Shown here in pieces: positions 37,597 to 50,471 of a DNA stretch of 64,000 nucleotides. Origin of the DNA: Podarcis gaigeae (lineage: Eukaryota); the NCBI GenBank assembly GCA_964106915.2, contig OZ066923.1. One strand, given 5' to 3'. Made by a program: the position numbers and the translations under genes. Position 1 is the stretch's first letter. Every line of letters starts with the position of its first letter. The notes below the pieces were generated by a model. It ran no database searches. It saw nothing but the letters and a program-made list of their open reading frames with translations, and was not told where the DNA came from.

Positions 37597-40500
37597 GTAT
37601 TAAATATTAAGGAATTTAAATATGTTTTCTTTCCTGTTAAAAATAATTATTATCTGAAAATAATAGAATTCTGCAATACACTTTTTTTGTTGCTAATGCA
37701 TTTCACAGGGAATGTACTAGATGCATGTCAAGACATCTAATAATCCTTTTTTGTCATTATATGCTGTTCAAGTGTATCATCTTGTCTTAATTAGTTTGAT
37801 AGCTCCAAAATTAACAGTGCAACATTATAAATGTTCTCTCAAAAGTCTGAATTCAGTTGAGCTTATTTCCTAGTCAATGTGTTTAGGATTGCAGCTTTTG
37901 TATCTCTTTAAATCATTTTCTGACAGAAAACATTCAAATGGTCAACCATTTTTTAATATTTTTTTACTGTTTATGCCTATTAGTGGCCTGAAATTCCAGC
38001 TAAATCACAAAAAACACTCTATAATAAAAGAGATTATACAGGGAATGATGAATACAATAATAATCTCTTTTGGGGGGACGATTACATTCATGTTAAAGAT
38101 TCCTCCTCTTCTTCCCTTCTTAATAATTTACTGAAAAAAGGAACATGTACTTTATCTGGAAATGAAAGTGTTGGAATAAATTGCAGACCCTTGGATTTTT
38201 TCCCCCAGTATTTGAATTCCAGCTGCTTCACAATTTGAAATTAACTTTGTTAATACCTAGGTATCTGTATTTTCTTCACATTAATTTGCACATAGTAAAA
38301 GCTAATTATATTCTAACAAATATTTTCTACCATGAAATTTCAAATGGCCCCAGTAGCACCTTTTCTGCTTCAGTGCCTCAGCATTTATACACTCCATTGC
38401 CAAGGGCATGGCAAGCTCTAAACACACACACTTAAAACCTATTTAGCTAACATCACAAATTTCAATGGTAACCCATCAGTTTCAAGTACAAATACGACAC
38501 GTTGGAAAATATTTTTAGCATATGTAAAGGGGTTCCATAGCACTGAAATCAATGTGGGAAAGAGTTCCCTGAAGTTAGAAAGCCTGAAAAACCACTGTGT
38601 TGTTGCAGATCATCAACAAGAAAACAATGAGCCTTAAACTTACAAACCTGGTTTGCACATTAGTGCCAACACACAGCATGTTGGTGCAACACGGCTGAAA
38701 CTGTGGGTGCTTCATTCCCTGCTTGTTCCTGCCATGCTGCTAAGCGCTATGTCCAGATCCAGACTCATGGTTTGTTTCTGAGAGCAATTCCCGCAGAGGC
38801 TTGGGAGGGAAGTTGCATGCCCGCCAGCCGTATGGTTGGCGGGGCGCAGCTGGCGGGCGGGCAGGGAAGGGGGAGGCCGCCGGCAAAGCTGCGCAGCTCC
38901 CCCACTTGCTGGGGCGCCCCTGAGAGACCGCGCCCTGGTGCGATGCACCACTAAGCCCTATGGGAAAGACGGCTCTGCAGACAAAACACCAAGTCAAACC
39001 ATGCGCTTGTTTCTCAGCAGTCTGGTAGGAGGAGCACACTGAGTGTTCACATTAAACCATACTTGATTTAATGTTATATGCAAAGAAAAGCATGGTCACT
39101 TAAGCCCATTTAGCCAAGACACAAATTTCAACTGGACTTCATCACCTTTGTGTAGAAAAATGTCATTATAACAGAGCTTTTGAGTCTAAGTCTTATGCAG
39201 TTAAAGCTCCCAAAAGAATACGGTACAGTCATACCTTGGAAGTCGAAAGGAATCTGTTCTGGAAGTCTGTTCGACTTCCAAAACCAAAGTGTGGCTTCTG
39301 ATTGGCTGCAGGAAACTCCTGCAGTCAACTGGAAGCCGTGGAAGTCCTGTCACTTCCGGGTTTGTGGATTAGGGAGCCAAAACGTTCGAGAACTAAGCTG
39401 TTTGAAAACCAAGGTATGACTACATGTTTTAATAAGTACCAGCATTCATTTCAATAACTAAACCACATGTTTAGACCACTAAAAAGAAGCTAGCAGAGAA
39501 AACTGTATTATGTTCTACTATGAAGAAGCTAGATGCCCTTAATTGTCTGTCTGGCATTAAACCTCTGACAGAGAGATGCTTTCAAAACTGGACAGTATGT
39601 TCCTGTGACTAAGAAGAGATAGGTCCAAGCCAAAGAAAGAGATTAGATGGTTCCCCCCTACCCTTGTATGGTCACATTTGCCTGCTTTTAGTGCTCTACA
39701 CAATGTGCTAACAGAACTACCTCTGTGGTTGGGCCTCTGAACTTATATAAGTGGGGAAAGTTAAGAAGACGTTGCTACATGAAATGCAGACATCTTGAAA
39801 AGCACTTGCTTTAACAGGAATAGAGGACAACATATCCTTTATCCTAATAATGGTGAGGAAAGTATGTAAGAGTACTGAGGGGGATTGCATGGTATCATCC
39901 AACACAAATTTCTCTCTTTTATAGGTTGTCTTTCCTGCTGTTATAGGCTATTATTGAAGCTAACCAGATTCCCTCTTATGTTAAGGTTTATAAAACAGTA
40001 TCAAAGCCTGTTTTGATGCAAGGTTAGAAGGGAACCCTAGACAGCACAGAAATAACTAAACAGACCTCAAGAGTCCCAAGTGGAATGCAGTGAATAAATA
40101 CAAAATATTACTTTTCATCATAATTCTAGTGACAAGTTAAAAGTCAATTCTAGATATTTAAATTAATCAATCTGGATGCCCTTTTATTTCTGATCAAAAC
40201 ATATTCCAGAAACAGATTTATAAAAAGCTGCCACAGAGACATTTAGTCAGATATCACATTATTCTTCCTACTGAGAAGAAAGAAGGCACTGTTCTCTGAT
40301 GCAATTGATTTCATCAAACTGTAAGACATATGAGAATAAATTCTTACCCTGACCACAATTTTTCTACTTCATTCTATAAAGCAGAGCACATGTCATATAT
40401 TTTTTTCTAACAAGTTGCAGACAAGCTGACTGACAGCAGAACTTGAATGGCTAGAAGAACTAATAATTGAGGCTGGCAACATTAATCAGTTAAAGTAAAC

Positions 40501-41236
40501 TGACATGTAGGATTTAGAGGGGACTGTTCTGGCAGCACCCACATCGCAAATGTAGTATCTACTTGTACTTTGCTATAATGTCATTAAATGTTCATAAATA
40601 TTAACTTCAGAAGGAGCCAGTAATCGGGATATGACAATCAGCACAGCTACTGAGAAAGCAAAGTCAACATGAGCAAGAAGGAAACACTTATGTAGAGCCA
40701 AAAAAAGAGGAAGAGACTGAAAGCAAGGGGGTAGAAGACTAGGACTAAATATTGCTAGGTTTAAGGACTTGTTCAAAAACATTTTATTTTAACTTATTTT
40801 GCCACAAATCAGTAAAACCTGTGAGCTTGTGTTTTGAGTAATTTAACTAATGGGTATACACACACACAATTAACCATGTTGTCTGGGGATAATGGGCATC
40901 CAACAACAGATTCCCCATCCCTGCCTTATGTAATTAAGTCTGTCCCCTTCAATCTGTATGTCCTACTATCTGCTTTTACTTGTTCCATCTGGCCCAGTCC
41001 GCTTTTACTTACTGTCATGCTTCACTCCCTCTCGTGTTCGCTTGTCTCCTGCTTCAGCTTCACTGAAGTCCCTTAACCCTTTTCCATGACCAGTCTGAAC
41101 CATAAAACTTCCACATCCTCTTGCTAAAACTTCAATTTCTTAAAATTCTAGCCTCTTAATTTTCTTGAATGTGAGCACTGGAATATAACCCACTAAAATG
41201 AAAAAATTCAAATGCTGAGCACAATATAAAGGATAT
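37597..41236 (-). other. ZDHHC17: U12-type (minor spliceosome) AT-AC intron 10 of ZDHHC17
   Basis: 5' site ATATCCTTT (41236-41228); branch site TTCCTTAAT (37614-37606); terminal AC (37598-37597); the junction G|AT restores the frame. Confidence 0.95.
39226..39422. mobile_element. Tc1/mariner (Tigger/pogo-like) MITE, same family as 16087-16338 in the opposite orientation
   Basis: TA + CAGTCATACCTTGG ... CCAAGGTATGACT. Confidence 0.85.
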
Positions 41237-41337
41237 CGTTCCAAAACCAGAAAAACCATGTCACATACATCCAGAATTTTGTTGCTAGGTAGATTCCAAG
41301 GGGCAGTGCACTATGCATTGAGTGATCAAAGAATGAT
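41237..41337 (-). CDS. ZDHHC17: ZDHHC17 exon 10
   Basis: SFFDHSMHSALPLGIYLATKFWMYVTWFFWFWN; 101 nt; AT donor. Confidence 0.96.
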
Positions 41338-42917
41338 CTGTGAAACAAAGAACATAATAGGTTATTACATATTCAAATATGGGTGTGCTAGCTCATTCAC
41401 AAACAAGTAACTATAGCCTTATTTTTAAAAAACAAAGAAACAAACACTAGAGCTTTAAATAACCTGTCCGTTTGCTACAAAAGGTCTTAATAATCTAAAT
41501 TACTCAACAACCAGCAAGCACTTTTTTAGACCTCAGAATGTTGCAAGAGTTCATAATTACAAGGTTCAGAACATGAATCTGTTCAGTTTGTAATGTTCAA
41601 ATGGAGAAGATTTTACATATGCATGATCAGAGTTCAGGATGACCAGGCTGCTTTGTAAGCATGTTCACAAATGTTGTTAACCACTACATTAAATTATTAA
41701 TTTAAATTACGTGACCACCTGAACAGACAGATTTTATTTTTTTGTTTGTTTGTAATTTTTGCTTTTTAGGTCAATTTTCCCAATTGTTACTTGCATACAT
41801 ATTACATATCCTGTCCCCTAACCAGGTCTAAAAGAGTTTCATACTCCTGTTTGCATGTGTTTTGTCAAAGTAAATTTGGAAATAAAGTTTTCTTCTAAAG
41901 CCACATTTTGACAGCAGTTAAAAATAAGGCTGAACAGCACACTCAGCAAAACTCAAAATGATAGTTATTTTAACAGACTTTGAAGAAAAAGCCAAACCCA
42001 GAATATGAGCTGAAGTAATATAATCTCTTATACTTACACAAGAGATTCCAGTGTTTAAAATATTTATCTGACATGTGCTATATTACACTGACAATAAATA
42101 AATTTAAGATACTCAACCATGCAAACTTTCTTTGTTTAACAATGTTCTTACTACGAATGGATTTCTCTTTGCCATTAAAATTAGAGTCATAAAAATTAAG
42201 AGGCATATACAGGCTATCATTGGGTTGCACAGGGTTTCTGCTCCGAAACCCTGTGCTTGTCAGTGGAGCCCGTGTAAGCCCACCCCACCCCTTTTGTGAT
42301 GTTTTTGTGCTCCTTCCAGGTTCAGAGCCATGCACATATGCACAATCAAGTATCATTCGAACATGCCTAAACTGGGCATTGCCTGTAATAATTCTTGTCC
42401 TTTTTTATCCACTCAATGAATACTAAGATCCCTTTAAAAAAATCCAAAAATATCCTCCTTAAAGAAGTCTGCTTATTACAGACCATTACGTTATGGAAAT
42501 AAAAGAGTAGGGTATTTTCATTTCTATAGAAAATAAGCTGATCATTATATAGAGGGATTTCAATATTTGGTTTGTGAAAGAGAAAACATTAATGTTGGGC
42601 AGGCAGACACATTTTCATACAACACAACTAGTTGATGATTCATAATGTGACTGATGTGGTATTTAAGGTTCTTTTTTTCAGAGCTAAAATATGAATGCCA
42701 CTTCAATCTAGCACAGTAGGTCTCCTATAAACTAACTGGAAGACAGGATGGAAGGGCATCAAAACACAATTTTCTTTACTTATCCTGAACAATCATTTAA
42801 TGGAAGAGTGAATTAGGTAAAATATTTTCCCCCAAGAACGGGGCTTTTATACATCTGTCAGTATTTTATGTAATACCAAACTATCTACTCCAACATATTC
42901 CCTAATTAAATACTTAC

Positions 42918-43060
42918 TTGGAAAGAAATTGAACCATAGCCCAAACACCACCATACATTAGTCCTTTAATGAGCCAAGAATCAATATCAAGGTCGGCTAT
43001 AAACCCAACTAGCCAAATAACTAGGAAAGGTGTTCCCAGCATCACTTTCTGACGAAATTC
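42918..43060 (-). CDS. ZDHHC17: ZDHHC17 exon 9
   Basis: EFRQKVMLGTPFLVIWLVGFIADLDIDSWLIKGLMYGGVWAMVQFLS; 143 nt. Confidence 0.97.
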
Positions 43061-43418
43061 CTACATAAAAAGACAAACAACAATTAATTAACCTGGATAT
43101 TTATGAACTGTATAAAAAGTTAGTGCTTCATTTTAACACTCAGATACTTCATAGCAAGTTTAATATGTAGAAAGAGGGGTTTATCTGCAAGACTAGGAAG
43201 GATCCTAGATTCAGAAAAATGCAATATGCCTAGGATTGGTCAATCATTTCTCACTGCAGTGAGAAGAGAATGGCAAATTTGGGGATGGGAAAGACGCGTA
43301 AACCCAAGACTCCCAATACCTCCTGGTATAAACTGTAGTGGGGTGTCATCTAAGCAGGGTCAGAAATTATTTTTAAAAGAACACATTACATGAGTCATCA
43401 CTTAAGGATTCTTCTCAC

Positions 43419-43544
43419 CTTATCAGCCCTCAGCTTTCTGAGAAATGATGGATTGTCATATCCCTTTGCCTGCCTTGCCTCCTGTAGATGATTTATCATC
43501 CAAACATTTTTTCTTTGCTTTGCTAAATCAAGTGGTGATTCACC
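43419..43544 (-). CDS. ZDHHC17: ZDHHC17 exon 8
   Basis: GESPLDLAKQRKNVWMINHLQEARQAKGYDNPSFLRKLRADK; 126 nt. Confidence 0.97.
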
Positions 43545-45916
43545 CTGTCAAGAGTATGAAAGATTAACAATTTTAAAAAGGAAAAAAGAGCACAACAATT
43601 TCACTTTTAGAAATAGTAACTTAAGCATTTAAAACTACTTAAGAGTTTTAAAACATGTAATATGTTGTTGTTCTTATAAAGCATTATTTTGGTTGCTAAT
43701 TTATTTTATGCTATGGAGAGTTACTTTCTTCCAATCTTTTCTCAGTTTAATCAGTTTCATCAAATGAAATAACATCTTTGCTATTTCTGTGTATTGAAAC
43801 AATTAGTTCATTCATTATCCTTAGTGTGCACATGTAATAATTAATGGGAGTTTAAAAGTTGCTTAGCTCTCTAGTTTGGAATAATTGGTTCTCCCTCAAA
43901 TATTAACAAGCAGCAATATCCATTCATGGAATTTCACAAACAGTGAACAATGCTTATTGCTTAGTTATCAATGCCATGTACATTCAGTTGGTACAGATGT
44001 TCAATCTCTACCTCTTGTGGACTGCACGTGTAGGTGTGTATTAGGTTGTTGTTCTGATGCACTTACATGCAGTGAAAAATCAAAACTATACTTGCTTATC
44101 CTACTCCTACGAGATTTTCACATTTTGGATTTAACACTTTGATTTAACACACACACCTAGGTTCTACCAGAATGTTCTATATATCTTTTACTGTGTACAG
44201 ATTACATATTTGTAGGATTCTACGTATGTAAGCCCTAAAGCATGTGGTTGTTAGAAGCCTTTCATGGGGACCCAGAGCTAATCAGGATTACTCAAATGTG
44301 AAGAGAGTGTTCCTCTTGAGTTCAGACATGCTCTCTGGCTTGCCCGAACTCAGCACTAAACAGATGGTCCTGCTTACTGCTGGCCCCATTATTTTAGCAT
44401 TGTTCCAGGTTTAATGAGGGTGGGAGATACTTCAGAGAGAAGGTTGGCAAACCACTCTCTGAGTGCCCCCTCCCTGTTAAACGTCCTGGAACACTGTTAA
44501 AAGCAGGGTGGGATGTGCTTCAGAGAGTGATTTCTGAAGCATTCTCTGAAGCTCCTCTTGCCCTCCTTTAAATATTGCTACAGCAAGGGATTTTGACATG
44601 TAGGTGAAGCAGTCCACCTGTATGCAGATGGAACATCTGCATGCGTGGATCTGGTACACACATTAAAAGCACATGAAAACAGATAGGTTTTTCACAATTC
44701 ACTAGTACTCTAAACAACCACCACTAAAAGTCTAAAAAATGAAACAAACTAATGTATTGATTGCGGATACCTGATTGGCAGCTTGTATTATTCACCGAGC
44801 ATTCAGAAATACCTTTACTAGCCAAGCAATGACTAATTTTTATAATCTCGTCCCCAATTCAGAAGGTTGAACAAAATGCCCTATAATAGGTACCCATCTA
44901 CAGCTATTTTAGGGAAATGTGATTCTCCATTCTTCCTCCCCACGCCCACCCCAGTGCATGCACTGCTAACAATTCGTGGTTGCTTCCCTGAGCAAGCCCA
45001 CCCACTTTGCGTAAAATAACAATGTCAAAGGACAAAGATATGTGAAGTTATGACTCCAATTGCATGAGTTCAGAGCAAGGTAATTCCTTTAGATCACTCT
45101 ACTGTAGAAATCCTCCCTATCTAAAAAGCAAAAGAAAAGCCCAAAATGAAAATTGCCTCACAATATATGGGGTTGTACCCTAAATCTATTACAGTGATTT
45201 CTTACAGAACCGTACTGCCTCAAGAAAGAAAGAAAAGGTTGTGACTGTTCTTGTAGTATAGAGGAGGCAAAAAACAACCAACTGAAGGTACCTCCAGCTC
45301 CAGTTTTGCACTCCTCCACTCTTCTACTGAAGGTAACTCCCCTCCTAAACAAAGCATTCATGGAGGCTTGAAAAATGGCTGAATCCTCCATCGTTCGGCC
45401 CCCGCCTAAAAAAAAACGAGACAGGTACCAGAAACTGAAAAATCACCCAAGGAAAGGCAAATAGCCTTTGAGACAAGAGTACAAATGCCAAGAAGTACAC
45501 GTTTAAATTCCAGCATCAGTAGAGACTAGACACCTAATCAGAGTTAGGCATTTAATTTCTATTGATAGGATTTGTGCACCAAAACCTTATGGGTGACTTG
45601 GAAATTTAGCCCAATGATGATCCCGAAAGCAGCAAAAACCAGGCAACAATATTTATTGGTCTCCAAAGGGAGAGTTTCCTTCCACTTGAACAGTGTATTG
45701 AAAAAGCTTAGGCCACAAAGATATCAATTTACCAAACAGGACTTTCCCCAGCAGAAGCAAAAGAAATGAGCTCAAAAGCACCAATGCCCTGCTAGTCAGT
45801 ACATCCACTCATTTCCTACATTTGCACAGCTTCGGAAACAATTATCAATGATACAGGGTGAGTCTTTTAAAAGAGGCCCCATGGAACATGTGTACTCTGT
45901 ATTCACAGGGCCTCTT

Positions 45917-46139
45917 NNNNNNNNNNNNNNNNNNNNNNNNNNNNNNNNNNNNNNNNNNNNNNNNNNNNNNNNNNNNNNNNNNNNNNNNNNNNNNNNNNNN
46001 NNNNNNNNNNNNNNNNNNNNNNNNNNNNNNNNNNNNNNNNNNNNNNNNNNNNNNNNNNNNNNNNNNNNNNNNNNNNNNNNNNNNNNNNNNNNNNNNNNNN
46101 NNNNNNNNNNNNNNNNNNNNNNNNNNNNNNNNNNNNNNN
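45917..46139. other. Assembly gap (N run)
   Basis: 223 N; left flank begins with a TACAGGGTGAGTC mariner-like terminus. Confidence 1.
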
Positions 46140-46180
46140 ATAGATAGAGATGATGATAGATAGATGATAGATAGATAGAT

Positions 46181-46216
<36 letters not shown>

Positions 46217-46231
46217 TAGATATGATAGATA
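46140..46231. repeat. (GATA)n microsatellite
   Basis: Imperfect GATA array abutting the gap. Confidence 0.95.
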
Positions 46232-48914
46232 GGAGAGAGACACCATACAAATCAACTAACCAAATTTGAGGCTTCTCTCAGTAATATGAAGCCATGGATG
46301 GGGAACCCTCCAGAGCAGATGGGGGGAGAGGGGCAGGGAATGGAGGACTGACGAAAATTCCCTCCCTCCCGGTTCTGCTGACAGAAGCCTTATTGTCAGC
46401 TGTGGGAATAGATACAATAGGTGACTCTTAAAAGTAGAATTACAGGTTACTTTTAGAGGAATAACTAGAGTTGCAAAACCAAAGTTAAAAGTAGATATGT
46501 ATGCTTTTCTTTCAAATATATGGCAGGAAAAGACCACTATATATTAATTACGAATATGTACCATGTTCTATATCATAGCAAATGAGATCTGAATCACAAA
46601 AAAACTTCCTAAATATAAGCTTCTAGTGTATATTTGTATTTTTACCTAGCAAGTTCTTTAAAGCCACTCCTGTAGCACATTCACTATTAGTATGCATACT
46701 TTCCTATTATTTTTCCTGGTCCCCCCTCCCCCATAATCACAATATCCAAGATAAAAAAAGTAAAAGGATATCCATACTCAGGCCCTAAATTAGATCACAC
46801 CAAGATACCTCTCATATTAGTTTTTTTAAAAAAAAAGAGGGAGCATGCTTTTGCTCACTTCGGTGCCCTGATGTCTAACAAAGGCACAATACTGCCTGTT
46901 CAAAAATAAATTTATGTTACTGAAGTCATGATGTACTTGCTATCCAGTCAAAAAGGCAGGCTTTTCTTTTTCTTTTTAAGTATTAGGTTTAAAAGTGTCT
47001 CAGAGGAGATGTTCCAGTAAAAACAAAGAATTCTGCAAGTTAAGGGCATAATTTATTATAAGACTTATCACGCCTTTCAAGGATCAAGGGGGGAAAAAAC
47101 CCTTAAAAGGCTAAAGAATGACAGTAACTTTATCCCTACAATTTCAGCTGAGTGTCAGAAGATACAGCCAGAAATAAAGCAACAATTTTAAAAAAAGTTA
47201 TTACTCCCCTCAAAGGGTATACCACAATTCAAGGGGTATGATCTGCTACCCTGTTGCAGGGCTTAAGATTCTACAGGCTTCCTCTTGTTACAAACAACCA
47301 GCAACATGTTTGTCTCTCTTACAATTTAGAGAGGGGAAAAGAAAGAGAAAATACTTAAACCCACCCTGAGGCCCTAGGACAGGCAGAAAGCCAATATGAT
47401 ATTCATGAAAAAACTGAGATAAGCCACAGGGAAGAAGCTTGCCAAAGTACCCTACTACTCACTTGACTATTTCATTACATACTTCTATTATACACTGGCC
47501 AAGGTACCCAGCCATATGCCTAGAAACTCCATGCTAAAACTAAAAACAGCTATTTGATTTCAACCCAATCAAATCGAAATGACGTTCCTGACAACTTAAA
47601 AGGCAAATTCAGGCAGAGGGAACATCCAACTTTTCACTCATTTCTCACCGCAGCCTGGGGAAGTTTGCTTTTCTCTGTCAAATCCCTCTGATAACCACAT
47701 GTAGTGTGAAACACACACAAGAAACCTAACAGTCAATTTTAAGAAGTTTAGTAAGGATGGTGGTAAGAGAACAAAGGGGAAAGGGAGAATGGTGATTTAG
47801 GAAATAAGGAAAACCTTTTAGAAAAACAGGCTAAGTCTATGATCTGTATACTCACAAAGCTAGGGCCTTCATCATAAATAATGCAGCATCTTGGGTGGTC
47901 AGAGGGGAGGGTAATGGATGACAGAATGTTGGTAACATTCCAGTTTTTAGGGTCCTCAACCCAAGTAAGATTTGATTGACAGACGGCTTTAAACAGCCGA
48001 TCAGATAAGTGGCACACAGCCAAGAAAGGTGTTACCACCTTTGGGAAGTTGGGAGATGGGGCTGATAAGACCTTAATGACTGCCAGATTTAGCCAACTTC
48101 CCTGCTAGATAACAGGCTTTCCTTAGTTGGTGTATTTGGACTTGGGGAGGTATGTCTGCCTCTATGTCAGCAGTGGCAGAGGTGTATGGTGGCAGCACTG
48201 GCCATACTGAGTTCTCCCACCACCAAACTCAAACACATCTTCACTGCAGCAGCAGTGATGAGTTGCCTCACAGCAGAGGCTGGCAGCACAACTACCATTG
48301 GGAGCGAGGCCAGTCTTACTACCAGAACCACCAAGAGTTCTCTTATTGTTAAGCAGGAGGCAAGGCTGTGCCACTGGCTAATACTGGCAAGGTCAGGTTG
48401 TAAGGTGTGGAACTTGAGCAGGGTATCCCAGAGGAGATGTCAGATGCAGTGTATATCTCACCTGTCACCTGGGAGCAGTCAGACTACCTCAGTGGGACAG
48501 ATGGGAAGCACGGATCACTCCCAACAACCAGCATGATCAGTCACCTCCTACCATTGAAGTGTGCTACTTGGTCATTTTAAGAACAACTGCTTAAGAATTT
48601 ATGACGGACTTTGATTTCCCCCCCTCTTCCTTCTCCTTTTTCTTGTGCATCATATTTTTGTAGATTGCAAGCCTGTAGCCTTCTTTTAATTGATTTCATG
48701 TATGCCACACTAGAAGCCTTTTTAGCTGAAAAGCAAGCTACAAATCCGCTTAATAATAATGATGGTCTTCAGTATCCTTTCCTCAAGAGAGGCAGCAGCA
48801 TGGCAGTGGTGGGCGCTGGGGAGGAAAAGGAACAGCAACCAACAATTCTCTCTCCTATACTACCACCACTCATCCTGTGAAAAGCCACCAGCCCATCACA
48901 CCAAGCACATGAGA

Positions 48915-49046
48915 TGGGATTACTTTGAGCTGGCAGTGGACCCAAACTATGCCATCTGCCTGCACTGCAGGAAGCAGCTGAGTAGGAGGAAGGTTCCAAG
49001 GCATTGCATCACCAGCAGCTTTATAATGTACTTGCACAGGCAGCAC
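48915..49046 (+). mobile_element. Degenerate BED zinc finger, probably a hAT transposase fossil
   Basis: WDYFELAVDPNYAICLHCRKQLSRRKVPRHCITSSFIMYLHRQH fits W-x2-F...A-x-C-x2-C...TS...L-x3-H; stop follows at 49056. Confidence 0.65.
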
Positions 49047-50471
49047 CAGTCCTCTTGATTAGGGAAAAGGCAGAGCCCAACAAGTCAATCAGGAAGGGCA
49101 AGAGGTGCACACGGCAGAATGACTCTCAAGCTGCGCCCCCCCAAACACCCAAAAAAGCTGCAGCTCAGGCAGTAACAATGCACGATACGCGGCAGGGAAG
49201 TATGGATCCACCAGATGAATGCTTCCAATTCCCATGCCAACCTACTACTAAATCACTTTTCTTGCCGCTTTGTGTGCACTGCTACCTGGGTGCCCATAAA
49301 CAAAACCACTAGGAGAATACTGAATCCCTTTCAGCCACCCCACCCGCAAAAAATCAACTTTAAAGGCGGCTAGTACAAAAACCTTCTTGTCTACAATTTG
49401 GCAGGTTCTAAACCTAGGGGGCCTCATACCTCCCCTTTTCATAACAACTGCTGACAAAACACATGGGGAAACAGAGGGAATCTTTTTCTTTTAGCCATTT
49501 CCCAAAAGGCTACCCTTTGCAGGAAGAGTCATCCCCTCAGTAAGGAACAAATATTATCCAATTCTCTTTAAAAATAACACTGAAGATTATAAATATAATT
49601 TAAAGGAGTGCAGCACTAAATCTCCTGGACCTATTTGCCTGTATTTGCAGGCTTTATTCACTCTGAATGGGCTACAACACCTGCAAATTTTACATCCAGT
49701 TCTGTCAAAAGGGGGAAAAAGAAAAGTACCATCATTTTTTAATTTTTCCTTTAACAGTGAAGTGGGTTCAGCCTCAGACCCTGCTCTGAATCAGTCAGAC
49801 TCTGGAAACACACACTCAAATTGGAGTAACATTCTGACAACACTTTCCCAGTCTGGACAAAATGCGGAGCTATGGTTGGTTAGGGGTTTCCTGAATTGTT
49901 TGCTCACACCATAAAGGGAGATTTGAAGTAAAAAGTTCATTCAGACCTGAGATACAATCAAAGATGGTCACTGTGTCACTTCAACTGAATTACTCTTCTT
50001 GAAGACACAATGCCCTGAGAAGTCAAAAGCAGCTCACAACACATAGTTTGCAACAGCTAACAGTTCAAGGAGTCACCTTTTTCATATTGCATAAATCCAA
50101 TTCTGCATTAATATACATCAGTGTTTTATTGAGAGTAGGATTGGTATACTTTTTAAACATCCTAAAAAAGTAATTCAGCAACTAACTCTGCAGGCAACTC
50201 AGCCAGGGGAAGGCAATGATGAATCCTTCTCCATTGCCTTCTTTGCTTCTCTTCTCAGCCTTCGGTATATGGCCCAGAGGGGGAGAGAGGAAAAAGGCCA
50301 ACCTCCTTTCTCCTTCCCTCATCCTGGGCCATTTGAGGTGACATGGGATGAGTCTTTGTGCAAGAGTTCTAGGAGCACTTGCACAAGGAGCACAAAAAAA
50401 CTACAGCAACAGGTCACTTCAGGAGTCTGAATTTTGCTGGTTGCAACTAGTACTCGCCTGTACCCTACAGG

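Noticed and set aside
45845-46255. ORFs spanning the second N run and the GATA repeat
   Set aside because: Gap and microsatellite artefacts.
47748-48038. 96-aa minus-strand ORF in intron 7
   Set aside because: No recognisable homology or convincing splice sites; possibly TE-derived, but I cannot support a call.
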